From Podarcis bocagei (taxonomy: Eukaryota), in NCBI GenBank assembly GCA_964188305.1, contig OZ076888.1: DNA of 64,000 bases, one strand, 5' to 3'. Both the position numbers and the translations under genes were made by a program. Positions 1-13,052 of this stretch are shown here, piece after piece. The notes under the pieces are model-generated. The model ran no database searches. It had not been told where the DNA came from and saw nothing but the letters and a program-made list of their open reading frames with translations. Within the stretch, counting starts at the first letter, position 1. Each line of letters begins with the position of its first letter.

Positions 1-539
1 GAATGATATCATTATTCTATTATATATTCTCTACTATTAGCCTATGTCTTGTGTTTGTATTGCTGTGATTGGTTCTTATTGCAACACAGGGGTTTGTTTT
101 TGGTTCAAGGGAGTAGGCCAGCGGTGGCTGCCATGGAGATGCAACAGGGTGCTCCCTTGTGCTACTGTCGCCACTGCTACATCTAGGGACAAGCGCTGGC
201 TCATCCTCCTCCCCTAGCTTGACAGCAGCACTGGCAGGGGAAATGGAGACATTCCAGGATCAAATCAGAAGCTGGGATGGTTTTTGTAATTTCAGGACTG
301 TCCATTGAAAATCGGGACACTTGGAGGGTATGGTAGCGGTTATGTTGCTCTGTCAGAGCTCTGCTGCTGCCAGCCAGGGAGTTGGATTACAGTCTTACGT
401 GGCTCACAGTCCTGTTTACACTGCCTTGAGTGCATGCTCCAGTGAATACAGAACATTCACATATGTATATTCACTTCTGACTAGCCATTGATTGGCTCAC
501 ACTGTAAGGGGATATCATCCTATACTATAAAAAAGCCCC

Positions 540-685
540 AGTCAGTTTAACGATCAATGGCTTCCCCCACAGAATCCTGGGAAATTGAGTTTAGTGAGGG
601 TGTTGACAGTCTTTAAGAGATCCCCCTCACAGAACGTCTGGTGCCAAGATCCCAAAGGGAGGAAGGAATGACTGTTAAACTGACT
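540..685. mobile_element. Non-autonomous DNA transposon (MITE), squamate-type
   Basis: 12-bp inverted ends AGTCAGTTTAAC/GTTAAACTGACT; related internal sequence at about 1040-1150 and 41170-41345. Confidence 0.6.
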
Positions 686-3600
686 AAACTCTGTTGATAT
701 GACCACAGAACCCACAAACCTGATTTTCACTGATAGCTTTTATATTCACAGCTGACTGAGAAGAGCTAAATAAAGTTACTGCCTCATTGAGACCATTACT
801 GCATCTTATTATACAGTACTAAAGCTTAAAGTTCCACAATGAATTCTTTTCTAAAAAAAAAAAAAGATTTTTAAAAAAGCTACATATAATGTGCCTTTTA
901 CTAAATTAAAAACAGAACATTTAAAGTAACAGAAGGGGAAATTTATTAATTTTTTTAAAAGGAACTGAGAGGTTAAATTTTTAAAATGAAGGCTTTTCCT
1001 TTAAAATAAAAGCATCCTTTGCACTGAAAATGTAAACTAACTTGGAACTAGTTATTATTGGTAATTAGGAGTAACCCTGAGCTGTTTCACAGAACTACAG
1101 TTCTCAGGATTCCCTGCTTGAGTTTCATGGCAGCTTTGAAAACCATCTTTCCATTTGTCAAGCGGATGTGCCCTTAATTCCTATTGTTAAAAGACACGTC
1201 CTTTATTTGCACTGTTTGTTTTGCACCAGCGAATTAAATGTATTTTTTACTTAGGAGGAAGCTCAAATTCAGTGGGAGTTTCCCCCTCACTGTTAAATAT
1301 ACATAGGACTGCATTATCATTATGCATAATTCAGACTCAAATACTAATAATGTCATGAAACTTTATAATATACAGAGGTATCTCCCCTAGGTGCCCTCTG
1401 AGGCTGCATACTTAGCTACCTGCTGCTAATTGCTCCTGGAGGGCATTTCCTGCACGTTCCATGCTGCCACCTCACCCTGCGTGCCTCTCTTGTTTGTGTC
1501 AGGCTTTGTTTGCCAACTCTAAAGAGCCCCGCCCTGCCAAAGCAACCCAGTAGCGATAAACAAGAACACTAAGAACTGATACCCTAAACTTAATCCAGCC
1601 CAGTTTTGAATAAGCTTGTTTACCATTGCACTTGCACATGACAAGGTCACAAACCATGGTGCACAGAGCTTGCAGCATTTAAACTCGTAATAGACTCAAT
1701 AAAATTCACTCGCATAAAAACATTCTTGTGAATTGCCACGTGCTCCGTATGAATGCATAAAAAATGAATTTTTAAAAGATGTGTTTGCTGCATTAAATGG
1801 CTTTGTTACTTCGCTGCGTAGAGATAACAGGCAAACTGAACAACCACCCCGTTTTGCAAATTCCAAAACTTCTGCATCACCTCCCCATATAGTATCCTTG
1901 TTTGATGTGGTGCAGTATCAAATAAGAGCTGTGGATCTCACAATAAACCAGTGCACAGTGTTTGAAGTGTAGCAGTACAACACTATGTTGTACATACAAC
2001 ACTACGTATGTGGAAGCACTCAATGAGTATGCACCCTGGCCAATGCCTAGATGGAAGATGACATATATCCCATGTAAACAACTCTGAGGTTTCTACAGAA
2101 AGGAAGCGTTTAGTATCATCAGTAAAATAGCAAGCATACGATTTACAGTTGAGAGGATAGTTTGTAGCATGGTGTTTCAGTTGCCTTACTCAAAATTTAT
2201 AATCAATTTTTTGAGGGTGCAATACCAACGTGTCAGAGGGGAGGCGTAAATTTGAAGGCAGTTCTACCACCTAATGCAAACCCCTTCTGGACTCAAGCCA
2301 GCAGAGTGGAAGTGAGGATGGAAGAACAGTCTGCATACCTCAGTTGTTTCTGGGCCTTAAAGTATTAATTTTGGGTGAGAGTCAGGATTGTCTGTTTCCA
2401 TCCTGTTATTTCCAGCAGGAGGGGAAAGGGGCGGGGGAGAGGTTTAGAGATGCTCAGAGGTGTCTAAACCTTTCTCCAGTTGTTGGATCCAGAATGTCCC
2501 TAGAATGTCCCTTTTCTGGCCCTACTGATGCCAGAAGCGTGATGTCAGTTGGGCCAGAACTTCAGTGGGATGCTGGTGATTTTGAAGAACTAGGCTCCAA
2601 CACTGAAGTTTGGTCTTCAACATCCAAGGTGAAGATCCAGTCTGCCCTATGGCTACCAAGGATTGCACTCTTAAGTGATTATATGAACACCACAATATTA
2701 AAGAGCATTCTCTACCCAGATTAAAACATCAACAAAATTATTTTTCTCTCAGGAACAATGAAGTAAATTTGCTCCTTGCTTCTAGCATTCTGGTTAGTTA
2801 TTGCAAAAGCACTGGGGAATAATGATCTATCCTTAGGAGGATTCAAAGTTGTATTTTATTGACTTAAACTGGACTACATGTATTTGGGCTTTGTTATTTC
2901 TTATTAAAAAAAACACAATCCCCACTCCAATCTCACTCTTTCCAGGAAGACTCTCAACAATTAGCACTACGCTATCCCTATTACAAAATCTCTGGCTGTG
3001 GGCCTGATTTCAAACTGTACAATAAAACAAACTAGAAATTATTATTATTATTATTTCCAGCTTAGTTTACAGCAAAATATGTAACATCATGAGAAAAATC
3101 TCAGTTTCCACATTAAATATATTTTAGTAAATTTATTGATGCTGGGCCCCTATTTTATACAGCTCCAATGATTTTCAAATTTTGTTGTAGAAACCCTTTG
3201 ATCTTCGGGCACTTTTCAGGGGTTCCTCATGAGTAATGGCAAGCAAGCTTCCCTAAAAGTGAGATGGCATGCTCCTATTAGCCTTCCTTTGCAATTCCAG
3301 AGTAGCCTCTCAATTTGCACAGTGTAGAATCCAGTTTCATAACCAAGACTCTTTCAATGCCCCACATAAACTGAGGGTGACATTAGAACGCAGCCCACAA
3401 TGTTCTGCAGGGTTTTGGGTTTTCATGACAAACGAAACCGATGTGAAAGGCTCTCTGCAAGGAGGGAAGCTTGAAAACTATTGCAACTAGATCCAAAGAT
3501 GCCTCGGAAGGTATTGGCTGTAGCCTGACTGAAGATTCAGTAAACCGCTTTTAAGCACTTGTTGCAGAAGTTGCCTGCACCACAGTTGTGGCCAATCCGG

Positions 3601-6600
3601 TTTGCAATGGAGTATCTAATATGTTGAAATTAACTAAGGGTTTCTGCTTCACGCCTCTGTACCACACCTTCTAACTGGGAGGCCCGAGGTAATACTAAGC
3701 TCATAAAGCATGCTGAGTATGAACATTCCAAGAATACTTCCCTTTGTGTACAGGTTGTGCTGTTACATAAGAAAGAAAGGCAATCCAGCATGTCATCCCC
3801 TCCACTGGTTTACCACATCACTGCATTCCAATAAAGCACTTTCAGCAATGTTTCCAAGTGTTCCTCCTGCACAAATCTGAGGTGAAAGATCCTCTATGAT
3901 AAGAAGACTGTTTTCTCCTTAGATGCTCCCCAGCCTTTTTGCTACTATACATGAGTGACTGAAATCACTATTAAGCTAGAAGTCTCATTATTTGCTATTT
4001 ACAGAGTGAGAAAGATCATGTCTTTTCCGTGGCCCGCCCTCATTATTCCTCCCCCATTTCCTCACTCCTTCTGCACCAAACTTCTTTTTCAGAACAGCAT
4101 TTCATTGCACATGTATTAGGGAAGGAAGAATCTCTATGTTTCTAGACCACATCACAAGCTTTCACCCATAATTTATTTCAATTTCCGTATTAATCTGCAT
4201 TTCTTTTTAAAAAACACCAAACCCTTCTCAAAATCAGGAGTGGGGTCAAGGGTTGGCATGTGGTGTATTTTTCTCCAAGAATATGCATTAAAATGGGCAT
4301 TTGCTCTCAAAATCCATATTACACTTGGAGAAATGTGAAATATGGTGGATAACTTCAGTTCCAATGCACGCATTGATCTGAGATGTGTGCATCAGGTCGT
4401 TTCATATAGGAATCCCAAAAAATGTGAATTCTTCAAATGGTTGTAGCATGCATGATGTTCTGCGAACTCTTCTTAAAGAGCAATGTATATGTAATGAACC
4501 TAAACATTACTGAAAGAACTTACTAAGAGGATGTAAATGGCATATGTCAAAACTACTTCCCTTGTAATTAACATGATTCAGAAGAATGTAAATTGGTGCC
4601 TTTGTAATTACTTGTTGCTGTCCTGTAGGAATCGGGTATGCAATTTATCCAAGTGTCTTTAAGTAAATCAGTTGCAGCGCACTGTAATCCAGTTCTTCGT
4701 TTGTTTTTGACTCTTTAAATTATCACGGTTCCCTTTGACCCCCGCCTTCACAATTTTATGTAAAAGTGCTTAGTCTAAAGAAAGAAGGAAGCCCCGCTCA
4801 GACTTGTTGAGTAGGTTAAAATACTTTTGAACAGTTTCTCTTCCCAAAAATTTTATGTGTCAAACTGAGTGCTATTTATAGAGCTATGTGTACATAACAC
4901 ATAGTGCAGTGCAATTGGAGTGCATTGGTCTTGTGTCTGAGCTGTAATTCTTATGCCTGTTTACTCAGAAATAAGTACCACATCGTTCAGTGGGTCTTAC
5001 TTCTAAGTAAGTGCATATAGGATTGTGCTTAAGACACATTAAACATCACGAGACTTATTTTTTAATACAGTATGTCCACAATTTACATGCCTTTAACTTG
5101 TGCATGTTCATCTTTATGTGCTGGCTGGGGCGGGGAGAGAATTAAAAGGGGGTGGGCATCCAGGAAAAAAGGCTTTGGTAATCCCACCCACCATTGAACC
5201 CTCTATGTTTTGACTATATGTGATTTTAGCTTTGTGGATAAACATGGATAGGGTCACACTTTTTGGCCAGCTGTGATAAACTCTGTTGTTAGCGACTTTG
5301 AATGAATCAGTTTCAGTTTCACACCATAAAAATGACAAAACTGTCATTTCTGGAAGGGTTTGGAGTAGATAAAGGAAATAGGAACTGTAAAATATTCTCA
5401 GCAGTTGGAAGAATGCAACCTGAATGACAGCCTTTACCATAGTATAAACATCACCGTCTAACCTATAACTGAAATATTATTTGCATTTTACCAAGACAAA
5501 ACAGAGAATGGCTTGCAAAGGAGAACAGCAGCAAAACCTTGGAAAGCCCCAAGGTGCACAGCTACAAACCAACTGGCCTGAGAGTAAAAACAACACAGAT
5601 AACATCTGGCCAGGCCAGTTTCCTGCTGGTTGTTTGGCAAGCCTACCAGCCAGCCAGGTGCATAAAAACCTCCCTGCTTTGGCAGTTCAAGGCAAGCAGC
5701 AAAAGGAGAGATTTGTAATACTCCTCTCAAACCAAACTGAAGTCATGTTCTTTCCTGTAATTTCACTCAACTTTGAAATGTACCCCATCTTGGCTGGGGG
5801 GCAAACTGGTTTATGGTCAACTGACAACTATAGCTTTTATTGTGTGCTTCCTTAACACATTTCCAGACACGTCTAAGTAAAGCCATGTAAAATCTAGGTA
5901 TCTAAGGGGAGCTTTACCAACCTTGCACCCAAACCATGCTTGGTTATTTGTTTCCAGTGCACTTTTCTTTAAAATACAGAGGTTTGGGTCAAATATTTTA
6001 TCAATCCACAATCTAAGCCCAAGTCAGACTTGTACTTCTTCTTGCAGACAAGACACACATACTAAATGCACTAAAGTTATTGGACGACAATTCCCATCAC
6101 CAGAGGTGTACGTAGGTGTTGGAGAAGCCGGCACTCTCCAGGGGCACAGGCCCTGGGGGAGCACAAAAACCACCCCAGAAATCTGCCTCCAGTTATCTGT
6201 GTCAGGTCATGAGTTTAGACCAGAGCTGGAAACTGAGCAGTAGGAGAAATGGTGAGGCGGTATGAAGGCAGACCACTGGAGACTATGGCATCTATGATGT
6301 ATATGTGTTTAACAACATGCCACTGCTGTTGCAGTAAGTTCAAACGCAGGAGATTCTTCCTGTCTTTCGTGCCCTTCCTCCTCAGCTCACCCTCACTCCA
6401 GACACTTTCACTACTTGGGTCACATAAAACGTAGTGATTTCTCATGTGGCTACTATGGTATATTGATTTTTGGGGTGGGGGGAGCAATACAGATCCTTGC
6501 CAACTGCATAAGGGACCCTAGATACACCTCTGCCCATCACCCCTGACTTTGGCTGTGCTGACTGATGGGAGTTATAAGTCAACAACATCTGGAAGGTAAC

Positions 6601-7193
6601 ACTTTGACTACTTCTAGCCACACACAGAAAACACCAGGGATAAGATACTGGAAATGTGCTTGTGAGGGAAAAGCCCATTGTTTCCTCAACTACCTTGATA
6701 GTAACGTTCTTATCACCATGCAAGGAAAGCCTCAAATGTTGACAGAGGTTCTTGGGAGGGAGATGAACTGCCATGACCTTTGTAACAGAGTGTGGAAAGA
6801 GCAACACACAACCTTGTCCATAACCACCCATCAACATTCAAGATGAAAAGCTCGTAGAAATTAGTTATTTCCAAGGTTTGTTTAGAAAAGGGCCCAAGCA
6901 GCAGGTTAGTCATTCTTATTAGGCATGTTCGCCATTGTTATTATACACAGCTGCTTTCAAGAGGCACAAGGCAGGTACTAAGTGTATAGCAGTGGAGGCC
7001 AAAATGTAAGTGTTTCTAAATACACTGAAATATATACATTCTTACAAGCAAGGTGGGAAGTGATGGGTTGCTACAACCAGGTTACAAAATTGGAGTGATG
7101 TCCAGAGTAGCCCAGTTTTAGCAATGGGAATAACGACGAGAAAAAAATAAAAATGAAAAAAATTCTTAGTCATACTTGTCTTTAAACCAAATA

Positions 7194-7441
7194 CAGTGGT
7201 ACCTCGGGTTAAGTACCGGTACTTAATTTGTTCCGGAGGTCCGTTCTTAACCTGAAACTGTTCTTAACCTGAAGCACCACTTCAGCTAATGGGGCCTCCT
7301 GCTGCCACTGCGCCGCTGTTGCACGATTTCTGTTCTCATCCTGAAGCAAAGTTCTTAACCCAAGGTACTATTTCTGGGTTAGCGGAGTCTGGAACTTGAA
7401 GCATATGTAACCTGAAGCGTATGTAACCCAAGGTACCACTG
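7194..7441. mobile_element. Tc1/mariner (pogo/Tigger-like) MITE
   Basis: TIRs CAGTGGTACCT(C/T)GGGTTA; TA target duplication on both sides; near-identical inverted copy at 33841-34082. Confidence 0.9.
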
Positions 7442-8049
7442 TATAGCTAAATGATCGGTGTCTATTTCACAAATTTATATTCGTCCCCCGCAAAAAGAAA
7501 TTCAAAGCTGCCAATAACAATAAAATATACACACATACCAAATTGACAAATAAACCACAAAAAACATAATAAAAACCTTAATTTTTAAAAAACAAAAAAT
7601 CAACAAAAAACATCCATTCATAAAGCTCCCCAAACTGAGTGCATCTATAAAGGAAAACAGTCTTAAAATATTAATAGGAATGAGAGGATGGAGGCTTTCC
7701 ATCCTAAACCAGGCTTTGGCCCACAAAGTGTTCGGACTTGGCAAATCTAAGCCAAGAGGACTTTTCACAAGGTGCACGCCACAAAAAGGACTCTGCTCCA
7801 TTTTGCTGCCCCCTAGGATTCAGGTGATTCCTCAGGTGATGAATGGAGCATGTGAAGAGGAACTTATGGAAGAAGGTGCTCTTTGAGGTATATGGGTCCC
7901 AAGCAATTTAGGTAATACCGTATTCTTTTCTCTTCTTTCATAATGCAATATAAATAGTACAATCATAATACTTAAGGGGGGGGGGATTGCCAGAAATGCA
8001 TACTTAATTCATTCTTGTTGATCCTCCAGAACAAGTAGATAAATCAATT

Positions 8050-9140
8050 ATTGGAATTTCTCCAAAATTCATCAGTGAGGTTCTTCGTCGAAAGCTTTTT
8101 GAAAGTCCAAGTACATGGCTGTATGAATTGAGTATTGCTTAGTTGGGTCTCTGGACCGTAATAAAGATTGTTGTTGTTGTTGTTGTTGATATCAACTGGA
8201 TCACCTCTATCTATATGCTTGTTGATACTCTCAAAGCACCCTAAGAGGTTAGTGAGACAGGGCTTACACTTGCAAAAGCCATGCTGGTTCTGCTTCAGCA
8301 AGACTTGTTCTTCCTATGCTTTCCACCTGCCTTCCTGGAAGACACATGAAACTAACTGGCTGTTATTTCTTGGATTCCCCCAGATCGCTTTTTAAAAACT
8401 GGCAGCCCGATGGCCACTTTCCTGTATAGAGGCCGATCTTAGAGACACATTAAATCTTTTTGTTAAGAGTATCAGCAATTTCACCTTTGAGTTACTTAAG
8501 AACACTTGGGCAAATGCTATCTGAACCTGGTGATTTTCCGTTTTTATTTTGCCAGGAAGGCCTAGAGCACTTTCTCTTATCACCACAATTCTTCAGACTC
8601 TCCTTCCTGTGAAAGTTAGTTCAGGCACAGGGATCTGAACTATATTGTCCATTGTCAAAGTATTCACCCAGTTTCTCTGCAATCTTCTTTTCTTCCTTCA
8701 ATATACCTTTGACCTACTTGTCGTCTAAAGGCTAAAGCACCTCCCTAGCTTATCTCCTGCTACTAATGTATATAGTGATTTATTTATTTTTTTGGTCTTT
8801 ATGTTTGCTTGTTCATAACTATGTGCTCCTCACATTTCGTTCCCCCCATCTCATACTGTCTACTTGCACTTCTTTTGCCAAAGTTTGTTTCCTCATTTGG
8901 ACAAGACTTTCTGAAGGTAGCCTTTTTTGCTTCTAACAGTTCCTTCACTCTGCTTGCAAACCACATCCCCTTGGTCCTGATGGTACCTTTCTTGATCGGT
9001 GGTAACCCTTCTAACTGAACTTCTAATATTGTAGTTTTCAATAACCCTGAAGCATTCTGGAGACATCTGACCCTTCTTAACTTTCTCTTTCAACTTCATT
9101 TTGGGGAAATTTCCTCTTTTGAAGTCAGATGTGACTGTGT
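8050..9140 (-). mobile_element. Decayed CR1 LINE ORF2 fragment (endonuclease end to RT)
   Basis: Minus-strand translation gives NQHGFCKCKPCLTNLLGCFESINKHIDRGDPVDI..YLDFQKAFD (CR1 RT motifs) and SDFKRGNFPKMK; frameshifts, deletions and an internal insertion. Confidence 0.88.
8117..8187 (+). mobile_element. Short 3' end of an unidentified non-LTR element inserted into the CR1 RT
   Basis: GACCGTAATAAAGA followed by a (TTG)n tail; splits the DPVDI|YLDF motif. Confidence 0.55.
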
Positions 9141-10399
9141 TGCATTTAACAATTAACCATGTGAGTAATCTTGTGCATATTTCAACACAGCAATGAAGGG
9201 TCGGGGAGGGGGAAGGATCATGGGGGTCATGGGGGCAGGGAGTGGTGCATCTAAGAATTGTTTTTGCAATCAGCTTTTAAATTGTCTTTTGCATTTCCTA
9301 CACTCGAACACAAATAATGAAACCTAAATGAGCTAGAACATTCATTCGGTTTTTAAAATAAGCCTCTTCTATATTTGATATGTCTAAATACTGGAAAAAG
9401 AGGTAACAAATGAAGACCAAAAGGCATGGCTACTTGTGGAAAAAATCAGAGGGATACAGTACCTGCCCTTTAACCCATAAATTATTCCAGGACAGGACAG
9501 CAGTTAACCCTATTAGCTGGGCAAAACATGTCGGACAATAAAGGGCTATTGTAAGCACACTAACATGATATACAATAATCATTTTATTATTATTTTAGTA
9601 TTATTTACTAATTACGACCATTGTAATAAGAGTAGGAGTAGCAGCATGTTAGCAAGTGGGGAAGGGTGAGTCTCCACCCCAAGAAGCTCACATTCTAAAT
9701 ATACACAATGCGGAAGACAACAAAGGGAAGGAAGGGAGGCAAAGGAAACAGGATGAATGTAAGCAAAAGTTTGTTAGGTTTTAGCTGGGGATGAGAACAC
9801 TGTTTTAATTATTAGGATCTGGGGAATTTTTCCACAGCTGCTAGCGTCATATTGAAGTAATGTGAAGTTGATGGCAATGTAGAGTGTGCTGTGTGTCTGT
9901 TAATTCAATCTGTTTGGATTGTCGGATGATCATACTATTTGTTGCTTGTAAAACTTTGTAAGGAGCCATGTGCCCTGATAATGCTACATAAATGAATAAT
10001 AATAATAATAATAATAGTCATCCAAATCACAAGTACACAATCCACGATTTGGCACTCATGCAAAGGGTCTGTTTGTCAGTGCTTACCGTTACTATCTGTC
10101 AGAATTCCCCTTCTGACAAGAAATAACTCAAAAAGCCGTTGTTCGAAACAACGAGGAACTATTTAGAGAAACAGAGTCGGTTCTGTGAAACTGGCTAGAA
10201 ATACACTGACTGCTCCACACACGATCTTGGGTGTTTTATTTTTTCAAAATAAAAACTCCAAGCCATTCAGCAAGTTCCTCATCTGTGCTTCCCCACCCTT
10301 TCGCTCTCCGAGAAAGCAGAGCTGAAGGGTGAATGGGGAATAGTATTACCATGCGACCCAACCTGTTGGAAAGCTTTTCATAAAGGGAAGCAGAGGGTG

Positions 10400-10720
10400 G
10401 GCTTTTCCTTTCAAAGCTGGCACTCTCAGCGCACAAAAGGCAGCTGTAGTAGTAAACTCCGCTCCTTTTGAATCAGACAAGCTTCCTCTCAGCCAACGGC
10501 AAGCCAAGCCAGCTGCTGACGTCAGAGCTCGTCTGGGAAGCTTGCAGGCTTGCTGCTTTTGCTCAGATGAACTGGAGCTGTTTTTGAGATCTGAGCTGGC
10601 GGGAAGGGCAGCTGAAGCCAGAGAGCTTTCTCGTTTTCTCGTCTCAGGCTCGAACTGCGATGCTCGGCTAAGGGTTACCTCTTTTAGAAAGCCACCGGGA
10701 TCAACATAGCACTACAAGCT
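10400..10720 (+). promoter_or_regulatory. Candidate RASGEF1A promoter/5'UTR with a full CRE palindrome
   Basis: TGACGTCA at 10517-10524; CpG density above the window background; free of recognisable repeats; directly upstream of the donor at 10749. Confidence 0.5.
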
Positions 10721-10721
10721 T

Positions 10722-10748
10722 ATGTACATACTACAGAAAACAATGAGG
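10722..10748 (+). CDS. RASGEF1A: Candidate upstream coding exon segment of RASGEF1A (MYILQKTMR), phase 0 onto ET-MPQT
   Basis: ATG TAC ATA CTA CAG AAA ACA ATG AGG|gtaagg; strong donor, in frame with exon start 17201 (GAA ACT ATG); lies in a CpG-enriched region. Confidence 0.5.
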
Positions 10749-11381
10749 GTAAGGAAAAACAATTCCCCATTCTTCCTTTATTTCTCTTTTACGGAATTTC
10801 CTGGGAATGTTTTGTTTTGTTGTTCTAATACTTCTTCCTCCCTCCTCCCGAAAGAGCAGTAAACGACATTCGGGACTCAGTCCCCCCAGGTGAAGCTTTG
10901 GCTTCTCTGCTAAACTGGAGTCGTGTCGCATGCACTACAGCCAAGGTTTAAAAGTAGTGCGTATGTGGATATTGTTAAATGGCTTTGCTGTGTTGTGGGG
11001 AAAAGAACGGCTCCCACGTTAAAAGAGCTGGAGGGGTGTCTCTTTTTCTCTTTATGGGATCCTGTCAAAGTGCATTTTTGCTTACAGATCCAAAATGCAC
11101 ATTGCGGTTTGGTTTCGCGTTTGGCTGCTGTTGTATAAATATAATTGGGCCAGCTTCAGAGCACTTGTGCTCCAGAGACTGCTGGCGAAAGTACAGTATG
11201 CGTTTTACATTGTTTTATCTAGAAATAAGGAATTCTTTGAGCTCTATTCCAGTGTTTACTGACAGACATAACAAGAGTAGGTGACTTTTAGCCTCGGCAT
11301 GGGCAAACATAAAGATCTTAAACATCCCAGCTCCGCATTCTTAACATGCCAAAGCAAATATATTATTTCCCTCTCCCCCCC

Positions 11382-11386
<5 letters not shown>

Positions 11387-11462
<76 letters not shown>
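11387..11462. repeat. Compound (CT)n(CA)n microsatellite
   Basis: Directly visible. Confidence 0.97.
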
Positions 11463-12675
11463 GCAGTTAGCTTTTAACTTGTTTGGTTATTGCTCTCTTT
11501 TCTTGGAGTGGAACTAGATGTTGCTAGACGCACTACTTTGTGTATATTTTGTACTCCTCATGGCAACCTATAGCATTCTACAATGCACAATGTGATGTCA
11601 TCACCCGTTTCATTTTTCTGACACCACGATCAATGATAAGAGAGGGAACACACGGCAGAATGTTATGTTATTTTAGATTTTTGTGTTCCTTGGGGCAGGG
11701 AGAGGATTTGCTTTTTGCTTATATTATTCTATAATATACCACATAAGGGAAACATGTCACGCAACTACAAGTCTCAAAACCATTGAATCCATTGCCTTGG
11801 TAGTCAATGTGGTACAGGGGGGGTGGCATTTCCCTGGGCTGGGAAAATCCAGGTTCAAACATCTATTCAGTCATGTTTTTGGGGTAGCCTTCAGTAAGTC
11901 CCTGTTATGCCAACCTCAGAAGGTCATTGTGAAAAGAAAATGGGGTATTTTAAAGGAAATCCACAGGCAAGCAACTGATTTGAGATAAGCCAGTCCCCTC
12001 TAGAGATGTGAAGGCGCTGTCAAAAAGACAAGAAAAGAATCAGGGAAAAACCCCAATTTCATTCTTTCCCTCCCCTTAAGACTTCTTCCTGGTTTTTCCA
12101 GTGGGGGAAATGGAAGTAGGTTTTGTTGCCACAGAATATCTAAGGGTATAAAGAAATGGATCCTGGGTAGGTTTAGCTGAAATGCAATGTACAGTCACCA
12201 TTTGTTTGCATTGACCTCCCCCCCCCCCCAGGTGTGCATATGTTCCCTCTAGCTGTACATTCTGGGGGTGGTGGGTGAGGAACAGGAGCAGAATGCCTGC
12301 TATTATTGCTTCTTAAACTCTGCATGTTCAGGGTGAATGTGAAAGTGGCCTCCTTGCCCAGAGCCAAATACACATGGGGCTCCTTCACAAAATTGGGAAA
12401 CCCTGATTGCCCCACAAACCAAGCTGTACACATGTACAGCAGCTTGCACACATTCTGCTTTTACACTCATTCTAAACATGTGGGTGCCAGGGAACATGGG
12501 TAGTGTGTGCACCAATACTAGCAAAGTTGCCAGCAGGTGCAAGCCTCTACCCAAGTTTATTCATCATGTGAGGAGGGGGTTGTTAGTGTAGATGTGCTAA
12601 CATGTCATTTCATGGATTTGGAATCTCGTCATGCGCGGCCAAGGATTCTACTCTTCATATTCAAATCTAGGTGCC

Positions 12676-12897
12676 TAAGAACACAAAAGTAGTCCTTCTG
12701 GATCAGGCCAAAGGTTCGTTTTGTCCAGCATTTTGTTTACATCAACAGCTGGCCAGATGATGAGAAAGGGCATGAAGGCAACAGCCCTCCCATGTTGTCT
12801 GCCCTCCACATCTGGTGTTCAGAGGTCTACTGCCTCTTAACATGGTAACTTTCAACTATCACAGCTGAGAGTTGTTGATACACCTGTCTTCCTCTAC
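12676..12897 (-). mobile_element. CR1 LINE 3' end (continues at about 13520-13690)
   Basis: taagaac...ctggatcaggccaaagg...gtccagca motif typical of the squamate CR1 3'UTR. Confidence 0.6.
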
Positions 12898-12925
12898 TGA
12901 TAAGAAATAAGAACTACACAACTTT

Positions 12926-13052
12926 GTATATCTGAAGAAGTGTGCATGCACACGAAAGCTCATACCAAGAACTAACTTAGTTGGTCTTTAATGTGCTACT
13001 GGAAGGAATTTTTTTTATTTTGACTATGGCAGACCAACACGGCTACCTATCT
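12926..13052 (+). mobile_element. Penelope-like element terminal fragment with a minimal hammerhead ribozyme motif
   Basis: 13-bp TSD ACTACACAACTTT (12913-12925 and 13053-13065); contains CTGAAGA-A-GTGTGCATGCACAC-GAAAGCTC-ATAC. Confidence 0.75.
12929..12965 (+). ncRNA. Minimal type I hammerhead ribozyme-like motif
   Basis: Core CUGAAGA and GAAA, palindromic helix II, palindromic AGCU helix III, UC cleavage site, short helix I (UAU/AUA). Confidence 0.6.

Noticed and set aside
11256-11517. Low-complexity ORFs (poly-ER, poly-SL, poly-HT)
   Set aside because: They are translations of the (CT)n(CA)n microsatellite.
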